DNA from: Chloropicon primus
Lineage: Eukaryota
Assembly: GCA_023205875.1 (NCBI GenBank)
Contig: CP060767.1
Coordinates: 310,001 to 374,000, forward strand
Direction: 5' to 3'
Length of the DNA: 64,000 bases
Every line of letters begins with the position of its first letter. Position 1 is the first letter of the stretch. Below the pieces are notes generated by a model. The model had not been told where the DNA came from. It made no database searches and saw nothing but the letters and a program-made list of their open reading frames with translations. This document shows positions 34,132-46,084 of the stretch, piece after piece. The position numbers were made by a program, and so were the translations under genes.

Positions 34132-35050
34132 GGTAACGCTCTTCTCTGCTGGTGCTGGTGGTGGTGGCGGTGTTCCTCTTTCGCGTCGTCTCTCTCTCGT
34201 CAGAGCGTCACGCGTTTCGAGCGACCGCTCGTTGGAAAGAGGAAAGAGAGGCGGTTCCGATGCACCGCCACACTCCTCACCCCTCCCTCCTCGCTCGCCT
34301 TCCCTCCCTCGTCATTGCAGTGTGTGATCCCCTCTCTCTCTTCTCTGAGCGTTCTCTCTTTCTGTCTCCATAATCCATGAGAGAGTTATGGAGAGAGAGA
34401 GAGAGAGAGAGAGAGGAGGGAGGGCGATGGTGAGGAGGAAGATGGTGATGATGATGAGGAGGAGAGGCATTGTCCTCCACTTGATCTTCCTCTCTCTCTC
34501 TCTCTCTCTCTCCTCTCTCATTGATTATGGAGACCACAGCAGCCAGCAGCAGGGCAGAAGGAAAGAAGGAAGAAGAAGCGGGGGAAAGGAACCTTTGGAA
34601 AAGCAGAGCCAAGAGGAAAGCTTTGCTTGGTGGGAAATGGCCTCGAAGATTCACGCTCTCTCCTATTGATGCGTTCCAGCGCGGGGACAAGCCCCCTTCC
34701 CCAGGCATCCTCTCCTCAAGAGTGTTCCCTTTCGTTCAAATTTGAAATTTGAAATTCGAAGGACGTTGGAGAAGGAAGTCAAACGCATTTTCATTCATTA
34801 GAGGGGGAGGGACGACCTTTGGGCAAAGGTGAGCACTTTTGGACGGGGAAGAGCTCAGTCTTTCGTGCGAAGGAAGACATAATAAACGACGCAAGATGAA
34901 TCTTCATCTTTTGCTCTTTCCAACGAGCATTCGCACGAGGACAGTGGCGTCCATTTTAGGATGAAGCAAGGGGACTGAAGTTTTTTTTGTTTTTTGTTTT
35001 TGGACTTTTTTTGTTTGCAACAAAGGCCAGGGACGACGAGCTCGAGGAAG

Positions 35051-35335
35051 ATGTCGTCCTCCGGCAGACAGAAGAAGAACCTCGTGGGTTTGAGCTCTCA
35101 GCTGCAACTCGACGCTTCTTCGCGGCTTTCGATTGACCCCAGCAATGAGTTGCATTCGTCGATGAACAAGGCACTCGGGTTGAGGAAGCTGAGCGTGAGT
35201 AGCAGTGACCTGGACCTCTCGATGACGACGACGCCTTCGGCAACTTACAATCCTCCTGCTCATCACGGAGGCCGTGATGCGAAGGAGCAGAATGTTCGGC
35301 GGCATCCACGAGAGCTTCCACCCCTTGCCCCTCCT

Positions 35336-35373
<38 letters not shown>

Positions 35374-38300
35374 GTCGCTGAAGCCACAGTATGGTGTTGG
35401 GAAAGATGCCTTGGGGAGTCACAAGACGGTTGTGCCGACGCCGTATGATGAGGCAAGCACGTTGGTGAAGAAGCTGAACATGGAGCACTCTGCTGCGAGC
35501 AGGCTTGCTGGAGGTGCAGAAGGACCAGGGACGAGTCGGGCGAACGGAGGAGGGTTGTTTGAAGTGGGGCTCGACGAGCGTTCGCTCGTGTCTGCGGGGC
35601 TTTCCTCGAGCGCGATAGACAGGCTGTACCGCGGGCTGCACAATTACACGTTTGCCTTTCGGGAACTGATTGACAGGGAGATCGCCCAGGCTTCGGATAA
35701 TCACGTGACGTTGAAGGAAACGATGGTGAACGAGTTTGGCTTGTTGCTGAACATGATAAAGTCTGACTTGCTGTCGGTTAAGTCGAAGGAGGAGGTGCTG
35801 GTGCGTCACGCCGCCGAGGAGAAGGGCAAAGTTGGGGACTCGACGGCTGCAGGTGATGTTGTGGCCCAGGAGGCCTCCGTCAGCAAGGAAGATGGTTTGG
35901 ATGCGGATGGCGTCGATATTATTCTCAGGGCCAAGGGCACGTTCGAGCTCAGGAATCAGGTCCTTCAGCGGCTGCTGCTGGAGGAAAGGCAGCAAGTTGC
36001 CAACCTTTCGGGCGTCATCAAGGGCCTCGAATCGAAGAACGAGGGGCTCCACGATACGGTGAAGAGCCTGGAGGAGCAGGCCGTCGAGATGACCAAGTCG
36101 CATGAGGACAGCCTTGTGCAGAGCAAGACGCAGCAAGAGTGGTTCGACAAGACGTTGCAGGAGAACACTCACAAGCTCAGCCAGTCGCACGATACGATTC
36201 GAAACCTTCAGGCCAAGCTGAGGGAAGAGGAGAGGCAAACGTCGATCATCGTGCAGGAGAAGCAGGAGCTTCAAATCAATTTGCAGGACGCGACTTCGTC
36301 GAGGGACGAGATGAAGTCGACCATGTCGGTCCTGAAGGAGAAGGTTGCCCAAAGCGACAACGCTCTCAAGGCTCAGTACGAGAAGTTCAAGGACGACATC
36401 GAGAGGGTCGACGAGCTGAAAAGCAGTTTGGAGACCACCACCGAGGAGAGGAACGTGGCGAGGGAGCTTTACGACGAGGAAGCGGCAAAGATCCTGAAGC
36501 TCAAGGACGAGATCGAGGAGCGAGAAGCGGAGAAGAGCAAGCTGAATGCGAGGATCCTGGCTCTGCAGAAGACGCTCAAGGACAAGGGAGTGGAGCTGGA
36601 TAACGAGCGAAGCCTTTCGGATGGCCTCAAGGACGAGATCAAAAGGCTCAGCCAGTGCGAGAGCGACCTCGCGGACACCAAGATGAACCTTTCGTACGCC
36701 TTGGACATCACCGAGATGAAGCAGAGGGAGGGGGAGAAGCAGAGGCTGTACACCGAGGATCTCTTGGCCAGCGCGAAGAACTTTCTCGAGGAAGCAAGGA
36801 GAAAGCACGTGGAGTTGGAGAAGCTCAACACAAAGTTAGAGGCGATGCTCAGGGAGAAGCACGAGCAGGTCCGCAAGCTGAAAGAGAACGGGAAGACTCT
36901 TGAGGACAGAGCTGTTGCCAGCGAGGAGCAAGCCAAGAGCCTGCACAAGCAGTATGAAGTCGCCCTCGATGGGAGGGCGAGGGCCGAGGCCACGGCTGAG
37001 GAGCTGGAGAGAAACCTCAAGGAGATCACCAAAAAGAACTGGAAGCTGGAAGAAAAGCTGGAGGACTACCGAACTGATCTGCGGGACACCAAGAGGCAGA
37101 ACACCAAGTTCGAGGCGCACGCGCAAATGTTGAACCAGAAGTTGAAGGAGACTCAGGAGAGGGAAACGAAGAAGGAGAACAAGTACAAGGACGAGATCAA
37201 GAGGCACGTGGCGCAGATCAAGCAGCTGAAGACCAAGGTCGAGGACATGGCGCCCAAGGTGAAGATGCTGGACAAGATGAAGCAGAGCCTTGACGAGCTT
37301 CAGGGCAAGCACTCTGCCCTGCTTGTTGACTGCGACACTTGGCACAAGAAGTACGAGAGCGCAGAAAAGGAGAAGAAGAGTTTCAAGCAAAAGTATGACA
37401 CCGCTTCCTCGACCATCGGGGAGCTCACGAACAAATTGAATGCCAGCGAGAAGATGGTGAAGCTTCTGAAAACGAACAAGGCAGAGAATGAGGAAAGGAT
37501 CAAGAACCTCGTGCAGGAAGTCAACACTTTGACCAATGAGCGCGACCAGCTCATGGAGGACCTCAAGGAGACCAGGGAACTGTTCTCAACGTCCGAGACT
37601 AACCTTGGTTACGAGAAGGAGGACAACATTCTCAAGGAGGAGCAGCTTGCCGATGCCCTGGACAAGCTCGAAGCCTTGACCGAGAAGCATAAGAAGGCCG
37701 AAACGGAGAAGCGCAACATGACCACAAAGATCAGGACGCTGAGGAGCTCGAACGAGGAGCTCAGGAGCAAGTTCGAGAACACCATTGACAGGTTCCACGA
37801 GGAGCGCAGGGCCTGGCTCGAGGCCGTCAACGTGGTGAGGCAGGAGTTCTCAAAGATGTGGAACGACATTCGGGATGACTTGTCGTCCAGGAGTGAGGTG
37901 GTTGCTGTGGCTGGCCAGGTGAACGAAAACTTGGCGAACACCTCGCGCCTCCTGTCAGCGACCGACGCCTTCTCCACGTACGAGGTCATCAACAACTTCA
38001 AGGAGATGATCAAGGAGGAGACGTCCCACGTGAAGATTGTGACGAAGAAGAAGACGCAGGAGACCAAGTCGGCTGCGACCATGCTGAAGATGAGAAGGGC
38101 CCTTGAGATGGAGCGCAGGAAGAAGATGAAGGAGGAGCAGGAGAAGCAGATCGAGTTGCTGAAGAAGCAGTACGAGAACCAGTCCGTGTCCACCTCGGCG
38201 GCGAACAGCGTGGTCGTGAAAGAGCAGCTCATGAAGCGCGAGAAGCAGTTCATGCAGGAGATGTCGTCCTTGCAGGAGAGGTTGGACAAGGCCATCATGG

Positions 38301-40057
38301 ACAACGACACGGAGAGGGAGAAGACCAAGTCGAGGGAGGAGGACATCAAAGCCCTGGAGATCGACAAGGAGAGGCTCCTGTATCAGAACGACGAGCTGTC
38401 GACGACGCTGCAGAGGAAGATGAGGGACCACAACGAGATGCTTGACGAGGCAAACGCGAGGGTGCAGCACTTGACCTTGCAGCTGAGCAACGCTAATCGC
38501 TCCAGGATCTGGAAGGAGAAGTACGCGACGCAGCTGAACGAGCAGCTGAAGAGGGCTCGGTACGAGCTGATGCAGCTCGGCCGGCAGCCTACCCTTGTCT
38601 GCAAGGCTATCCAAACCCAGTACTGCGATCTTTGGGCGCTGAACGTGCTCAAGGAGGAGGAGAGGGACGAGGACACCAGGCAGTCTTGGACCAGGAACAT
38701 GGTGATCACTCCTCACATAGAAATCATGTCGCTTCAGAAGGTCATTGATTTGATATCCCAGATGTTCTCCGACAAGCTCCTGGCCGATCTCTCTGCCGTG
38801 AGAGCGGGAAAGCAGGAGTCCGTCATGGTCGAGTTCGTGTACGACTTCTTCTTTGACAAGTACGGATTGGAGGACTTGACCATGAAGTACTTGACCCAGC
38901 TCGGTGCGACTCTTTTGCATCATCAGAACCACCCGACCGTCAGGGTGTTCGCGGGGCTCTGCAACCTGCTTCCAAAGGACAACAAGGTCACTTCAGCTCT
39001 CCAGTTCCAGAAGGACATGAGCACCGTGATGGAGACGAAGTACCTTTATGGTATCAACTGGGACAAGACCCTGCTGGCATTCAACAACTTATTGGCTTTC
39101 CAGGTCTCAAAAGTCGTTCCAAACAACATCTATGCCACTGACTATCCTTTGACCCACACCATGACGCAAGGTTTCATGTTCGAGGTCAGCCAGATGCCCT
39201 TCATGAGGGAGATCTTGCACATCTGCAGGAGCGATAACTTGTTCGACGACCTCTCCAAGTTTGACATTGGCATTCCCCTCAGCGAGCAGCAACTGCCTCA
39301 GCTTTATAGGCTGCTTGTGGAGGCTTGTGACATTCTGAAGGTGGACGTTCCGGGAATTTACGTCGCTGGCGGAGCTGTTTGGGACACTTGCTTGATCTCC
39401 CCAGGAAACGAGAAGCCCTTCATGGTCATTACCACGGGCGTGATCGAGTCTCTCAAGCCTAGGGAGCTCCAGGTCGTGATGGCTCAGCAGCTCATGCCTC
39501 TCGTGGACAAGTCCTTCGGTCCTATGATGAACGCCTGCAGTTTGTCCAACGTCGCAAGCGAGCTCTTCCTGACCAGGGACATCGCGAGGTCCCAGTGGCA
39601 GTCCGCTGTGCTGCCCACGGTCATGAGGCTCCAGCAGGCTCTCGATCTCACGGCGGACAGACTGGCGCTCATCGTCGCGCAGGATTTCGACCTCGTCATC
39701 GAGACCATCATGAAGCTGAACGTCTCCTCGGACGCTCTGGGCAGCCAGATGAATCCAGAGATGCTCCTCGAGCAAGCCGAGGCGGCGGGAGAGGCTGCCA
39801 GCAAGTACTTGAACCGGTATGACGAGAAGGAGAAGAACCTCGCGGTTCAGGGGGGAACCAGGAAGCTCTTCGGGGCCAGGCAGGACCTGGACCAGTCCAC
39901 GGACTTGAAGAATGTCGCTCACGCCTCTCTGTCAATGAGTTTGGTGAGCTGCAGCAACTCTCTCAGCATGCTCAGGGCGAGGGAGCTGAAGCGCTGGATG
40001 GACTCGGGCGACTACCAGGGTCTGATCGAGAACAGCAGGCCTTACAACATCTTCTAA
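35051..40057 (+). CDS. Giant coiled-coil protein fused to a C-terminal degenerate M48 peptidase domain
   Basis: Single ORF of about 1668 aa from the first ATG, with roughly 900 aa of heptad repeats. The C-terminus is M48-like (QLPQLYRLLVEACDIL, KPFMVITTG, ELQVVMAQQLMPL, LTADRLALIVAQD, LRARELKRW). Confidence 0.8.
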
Positions 40058-40333
40058 GAAGGTGAAGAGGCGTTCGTCGTTTCAGTTTCAGTTTCAGTTT
40101 CAGTTTCGCTCGCTCCTTGTGTACAACAACGATCGATGTACAATATGAATGTTTTTTTACAAGCACATCCACCTCAACCCATCCATCCACCTGATCTCTC
40201 TCCTCCTTCATCTCCTCCTTCATCTCCTCCTCTCCTCCATTGAAGCTGAAGCCCCTCCAGTGACAGATGGTTCTCTGATTTTGCGATTTTGCTCTCTCCT
40301 CTCTCAGTCGCATGAGTGACTCGGCGGCGCCTG

Positions 40334-41180
40334 ATGCGGAGGGAGTCCTTGGTGCTCCTCACGGCTGCGCTCTGCTGGGCCAGCCATCACGGAGCGCAAG
40401 CGTCCAGCACCCACCATGCCGCGTCAGGACAACGCACATGCACCACCCTAGGCTTCTCAGGCTTGCACCTCTGCAGCGATTGCGAAGCTTTCTCTCGCGT
40501 CGTCCATCACAAAGGTAAGCATTCACCTCCCATTCCATGAAGAGGAGGAGGAAGAGAAGTTGTGATGGCGGCCAGTGATGGAACACAAAGCGTCTGATTC
40601 ATGTTGATGACACCACCAATATACCAAGATCTGTTCTGAGGCGTCCTTTAGCCATGACGAGACACTTTTGTCGTCTCTTCCCTTCCATCATGGGAAGAGT
40701 TAGGTTTTCGATCGAGCACCACACCAGCCATCGGCAACCCCGTTTTTTTTTTTTTTGACTGAAAAGCCATCCATTTCCTTTCCTCCTCGCGGAACAGGTC
40801 TCATCGAGGACTGTTACGAGTGCTGCGCCAAGGATAACGTCGAGGGGTCGAATGCCTCGACGCGTTACGTCTCGGCAGTCTTGGAGATTTGCAATTGAAA
40901 GTTGAACGCCTATCCTCACGTCAAGGACTTCATCATGAACCACCGAAGGAAGGTAAGCGGCTTTTTGTCTCTTGTCGTGTTGTGATCATCTCACTGGCTT
41001 TGCTGACGAAAATGGCTTGCTCTGCAGTTCCCTCAGGTGCAAGTGAAGTATCGCGAGGGGTCGCCGCCGAGCTTGGTTCTCGTCTCCGGTGACGGTGACG
41101 AGGAGGACCAAGTCCGGATGGACTCGTGGAAGATCGAAGATATTCTAGAATTTTTCCAGAATACTTTCAACAAGGGGTAG
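40334..41180 (+). CDS. SELENOF: Selenoprotein F (Sep15), 162 aa, with in-frame UGA=Sec at 40896-40898; exons 40334-40514, 40798-40952 and 41028-41180
   Basis: Signal peptide, Cys-rich CTTLGF...LCSDC...EDCYECC, then AVLEICN-U-KLNAYPHVKDFI and VKYREGSPPSLVL...DSWKIEDILEF. Canonical GTAAG..CAG introns and a SECIS downstream. Absent from the ORF track. Confidence 0.93.
40571..40642 (+). ncRNA. Intronic box C/D snoRNA candidate in SELENOF intron 1
   Basis: Terminal stem GCC/GGC, C box GTGATGG (40575-81), D' CTGA (40594-97), C' TTGATGA (40604-10) and D CTGA (40636-39). The D guide ACCAAGATCTG is complementary to the conserved LSU rRNA segment CAGAUCUUGGU. Confidence 0.75.
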
Positions 41181-41205
41181 GCTTCATTCAATCGAACGAG
41201 GGGCG

Positions 41206-41277
41206 GGGTGCTTCGATGACGGCCCTTGCGCTCAAAGCAAAACACGCGGGCAGGGGCCAGAAAAAAATATTGCACCC
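41206..41277 (+). promoter_or_regulatory. SECIS element (form 2-like) in the SELENOF 3' UTR
   Basis: Helix I GGGTGC(41206-11)/GCACCC(41272-77), core ATGA (41216-19) opposite AGA (41259-61), helix II GGCCCTTGC(41221-29)/GCAGGGGCC(41250-58), apical AAA (41234-36) with a GC/GC mini-stem. Confidence 0.88.
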
Positions 41278-41350
41278 GGTTGCCCTTTCGTTCACTCACT
41301 CTTTTGTGTACAATATATATGTTACGCCAACAACAATATTTTAGTAATCA

Positions 41351-43539
41351 TCACAGAGGCTCCGCAAGCGTGTACTCTCCCTCTTCCATGAAGTAGTCCA
41401 TGAGTCCAGATAACATGTTGTCGGTGGAGACGGTGTCCGAGTCGCAAACCAGGGAGCAGTGCCTTCGCGCCCGGGTGACGGCGACATTCATCCTTCTAGG
41501 GTCTGCAAGGAATCCCACGTTGTTGTTCTCGTTCGATCTCACCATTGATATGACGATGGCCTCCTTTTCTCTCCCCTGGAAGCCGTCCACTGTGCTCACC
41601 TCCACGTCCCTCAAGTCCCTGCTCGCGAGAAGCTGCTTGAGCAAAGCCACCTGAGCGCTGTAAGGGGTGATGACGCCGACTCCTCCCTGGCTCACGCCAA
41701 TCGCCAAAAGTCGTTGGATGTGCTTCACGACCTCCTCGGCCTCCCCATCGTTGGCGTAGCTCGAGTCCTCGTCATCCTGCCTTTCGAAAAGGTCGCAACC
41801 CGTGGTGTCGACTAGGTGCAAGACGCACCCTGCAAGCTCTTCCGCCTCGCTCCCGCCGGCCTTCAGCATGGCGGCAACCTGTGCAAGGCCATCAAGCTTG
41901 TGATCCGCCACGGATTCGTGGGCCTCCAGCTTTGATTTGTAGAACTCATCGCTCGACCACTTCATGATGGCTTCGTTCATCCTGTACTGCACTGTCAGCA
42001 TCCGCGCAATCTTCTCTCCGAATTTTCGATGGAGTCTCTCAAAAAGGGTGACGCCGAGGCCCTTTCTCTCCGCCTCCTCGCTGATGATGGTCGGCGGGAG
42101 CTGAAGGTGGTCCCCGCACAGCACCGCCCTTTTCCCCTTGAGAAGCGCGCTCCAAGTGGCGCACTCGCTTGCCTGGGCGGCTTCATCCACCACCACAAGA
42201 TCGAACTCATCCCTGTCGATTTGCTTCATCATGCAGCCGGTCAATGTGCACGCCACGACCTGCGCCTTCGTCAGGACCTCTGAGATCGCCTTCTGGTGCC
42301 TCACCCTCACTTCCTTGTTCAGGTACTTTAGCTCGCCCCTCAGCTTCCGTCTGGTGTCCCTCTCGTGCCTCTTCAGCCTCATCAGCTTCTTGTTGATGTC
42401 CTTGATTTCCTTGACGCAATCGTCCGCGAGCTGGCTGGAATCGCTCTGGAGCACGAGGGAGTCCAGGCAGCAGTTCAAAACTTGAGGCAAGAGCCTTGCG
42501 GGGTGGCCAACTCTCACCATCCTAAACTTCTTCCCCTTCAAGGACGGAATCTCCTGCACTTTCTTCTGAATTCGCTCCACGAGATTGTCGACAGCCACGT
42601 TGGAGGCCGCGCACACCAGCACCCTCTGCTTTCTTCTCAGGGCCTCTTGCAGGACGATCTCCACCACCGTAGTCGTCTTGCCCGTGCCAGGGGGACCGTG
42701 AACGATCGCGAGCTCCTGAGCTCGCAAAGCGTGCAGAACAGCCTCCCTCTGAGACTCGTCCAAGCCCGGGGAGAAGAAACCAATGTCATCGTCGTCCCCT
42801 CCGCCGCACGAGTCGACGAGGCCGCCCTCGTCCTTGAATCCTCCCAAAGTCGAGACGAACGACGGCACCGCGTTCCCAAACACGCAGTCCAGCATCTTCC
42901 AGCTCTGCGACGAGGATCTCGCGCCACCAGAATACGCCTTGGAAAGCCTGTCAAGGGTTAGCTTGAGTCTGTTGAAGGTGACATCATTGGCGACTTTCTC
43001 GATCCGAACGCACTGCGAGAGGTCCTGCTCGTCACCAATGTTCTCGCACGCCAGCGTGATGGAGCTCTCCTTGACCCTGTACACGATGCCCTGAAGCACA
43101 GCGTCGCTGCCGGCGTCGCCCTTGGAAGGCTTCACGACCACAATATCGTGAGGGTGAAACTTGTGCGCTGGCAAGGCGACGGAAGAACTGCGATTTTGGA
43201 GCGGGAATTCGTCAGCGGACGGGAAACAATAGCGGTGACCTCCCCTGGGTTTCGCCCCCCGGCGACTCACCTCTCTTCCCTCCGAGAGAGCTCAACCATG
43301 GAGTGCCCTAGCAAGCCACCTTCCACGTTCGTGATGTAGAGGCCTTTGATCGCCCTTCCCCTCTCCAAGGACCGCTTTACCCCATCGGAGGACTTGGACG
43401 CAAGGGCTGCCAGGCTCTGCTCCTTCTCCGCGTCCTTCTCCAACTCGAGAAGCCTCGCTGTCTTCTCGACGTAACCCTCAACTGTCAGTGGAGGATCACG
43501 AGAGGCCTTCTTCCTCTTCTCTCCTCCGCTCGAAGCCAT
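41351..43539 (-). CDS. IGHMBP2: IGHMBP2/SMUBP-2 (Hcs1-like) Upf1-family SF1 helicase; exons 43539-43271 and 43187-41351
   Basis: LLELEKDAE, HGPPGTGKT, AASNVAVDN, RVGHPAR, DEAAQ, GDHLQLPP, QYRM, VDGFQGREKE and RRMNVAVTRARR. Confidence 0.93.
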
Positions 43540-44374
43540 CGCGATACTCCTTCACCGTCGCGGTTTCGCGTTCGTATCAGCTCAAGGGAAGTGTCCAATC
43601 GATGCCTCCCAATGGCACGCCGCTCTGGACCCTCGCCACCTAACCCTCTGCCTCGTCTGCCACCTCCCTCCTCGGTCTTCGCCACTCACCACCACGTCTC
43701 ACTCCTCGTTGCTTTCAAACCAGTCGACCCGTTTCAGTCTCACTCATCCTCGTCCGAGCGTTACGCGCCTCGAGCGACGGATCTTTCGAAAGAGGAAGAG
43801 AAGCTCCACCCGACTGCGTCCTCCTCTTGATCCGTTACTCCCGTCCCGGCCCGTCCTTCCCCTTCAAAACCCCTTCGCCTTTGCCTGCTCTCCTCCCTCC
43901 CCTCCCCGGGGTGAAGTGATCCCACGGACAGCTCGGTAGAGATCCAGCAGCCAGAGGGCCAAGGTTCAAAATTGCCAAAGGGTCGAGCGTGGACGAGGTA
44001 TACCGGCCAAGGACGAAGAGAGAGGACATCGGGAGGGCAACAGAGTGACGCATCGTCTCAAGGTCTTTCGTTGGGTACCCTGCTTGCCCCATTTGGGTTT
44101 TTGTTGACCTTGGACTTGTCGAGGCGAAGGGGCTTGGACTCCAAGCAGAGGGACCTTGGTACAAGTGGCTCGAGTTTTGCTCTTGTGACCGGCAAGCGGA
44201 GAGAACAGTCATCGTTGGCGTTGACCAAAGGATGTGTTTGACTTGGGGTCATCCATTGGACGAGAACACGACCATTGCATCAGACGCTGGAGTGGAGTCT
44301 GTCTGAGGTTTGCTCCCGAGTTCTACCGTTGTCCAAGGCGAGGCCTTGGGGTCGGCAGCGTCGAGGGAATCGCG

Positions 44375-45993
44375 ATGTTCTTGCAGTTCTTGAAAGGAGC
44401 GCTCGCTCTGGCTGTCATACGGAGCGTTTCCAAGGTGATACGACATTCTGACCTTCTCAAGGAGGAGGATGGGGATGAAGTGCGAGCAGCACGTGGCGGA
44501 GAGAGGAGGGAGAGTGGCCGGCCGAGAATGATCCAGGCGGAGACAAGGGGAGGTAAGTCCGCGTCCATTACTTGACATTGGTAGAATCGTGATGCATTTT
44601 TCTTGTTCAATTGTTGTGGCTCTTAGCTAACCATGTTTCGCTTCTTCTTTCTTTCGTGTCGTGACCTTGTTCAGCAGAGCAAGCGAGCAGGAGGCAAAGG
44701 GTGGCCAAGGAGTCGGCGTACTTTGGAGTGAATGGCGAGGCGGATGAGGAGGCCAGCACGAGTGCGTACGTCACGGTGAGCGAGGAGATCGATGAGGATG
44801 GGGTGCAAAGGTCTGCTGATGCTGTTGCGCAGAGAAGGAGGTTGTCCAAGGAAAGCCTGCGGCAGCAGAGGGGAAGCACGAAGCGATTGCAGAAGACTTC
44901 CCCGAAGAGGAAGAGGCACAAAGAGAAAGACAAGAGGAGGAATTCGTTTTTGTACGATCAGGGAATCACTGAGGATGACTTGGACCAGGAGGATTTCTTC
45001 AACATGTCGCCGCCACGCGCGGAGAGCCACTTGCCGCCGCACCCGTACCAAAGAGAGAACAGCCCAGAGGTGGTGAAGATCAAGGTGGATTTGCTCGACT
45101 CCCTCAAAGGAAACTTGGAGAGCCTCAAGGAGAACCTTCAAGTCAAGGTTGAGCAGGAGGAGGGCCCGTCAGAGAAGCCGTTGCCGGGCGGTCACGTTGG
45201 CACGAGCGGGGATGGGCACAGAGAGGAAGCACCGCGACGTCCCGATCCCGATCCCGATGCGGATGAACTTAAGTTTGTGTTCAGTTCAACTGCGCCTGAG
45301 GAAAGAGACGCCAGGCGGATGAACTCCTCCCTGTCCTCGGAGTCCAAGCAGAGGGCGAGAAGGTCCTCTGCCCCAATGAGGTATCAACCGTCGGAAGTGG
45401 ATGCGGATGCGAGCTCGAGTAGGCAGCAGGACAGAAGGAGGCGCCTAGAAATGGGAAACAGGATCGGAGAGGAGGACCACGAGCATTCGTACAACATGTC
45501 GCGCCCCTCTCACGAAGTCGTCCCAGAATCAGCTCCTGACTCGCCAGAGCGAGGAGTTTACTTCCAGCAGCCGACGTCGGCGCCGGCGCCGGAATCTAGC
45601 CCAGGGGACAACACCAACGATGACGGGACCAACTCATCACCAACGTACATCGTGCACGAGAAGCAGGTGCATCCAATAGGTTACAGGAAGAAGAACCTCA
45701 AGCTCGTCAAGGTATCAAATGACTCGCCGGAGTGGTTCCAATCCAAGTACAAGGCCCCCAAACCACCCGTGAAGAAGAAGGTGGAGGGGGAGGAGTTTTA
45801 CATTCCTGGAGGAAAGCAGAAGGTCGAGTGCCGTTACGTGACTCAGGTCTCGGACTCCTCCCCGGACTGGTTCAGGACAAAGTACTCGAAGACCCACTAC
45901 CAGCCGATACTCGAGAACGATCAAGAGGCCTCGCAGGACACGGCGAACGTGTCGGCGAGGAAGCTATCTTTCTGGGAGGACAGGCCTTTGTAG
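44375..45993 (+). CDS. Hypothetical, largely disordered protein; exons 44375-44552 and ~44675-45993
   Basis: 430-aa ORF with coding-like composition. An upstream exon joins in frame via G|GTAAGT and a tandem CAGCAG acceptor (44672-77). No family recognised. Confidence 0.6.
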
Positions 45994-46084
45994 AAGAGAG
46001 GCGTTGGCCACTCTAAAGCTCGTCCAATAAATTACATTCGATATAATCGTACACACTTTTGCTTATACGAACACCTCCTCGTCC

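Noticed and set aside
40651..40762. Second RNA in SELENOF intron 1 (ATGACGA, CTCTTCCC/GGGAAGAG hairpin)
   Set aside because: The only downstream CTGA coincides with the probable branch point, and neither a C/D nor an H/ACA layout is convincing.
29377..41277. ALKBH8 (modifies the tRNA-Sec wobble U) lying near SELENOF as a functional cluster
   Set aside because: They are 9 kb apart with two unrelated genes between them, so chance adjacency is sufficient.
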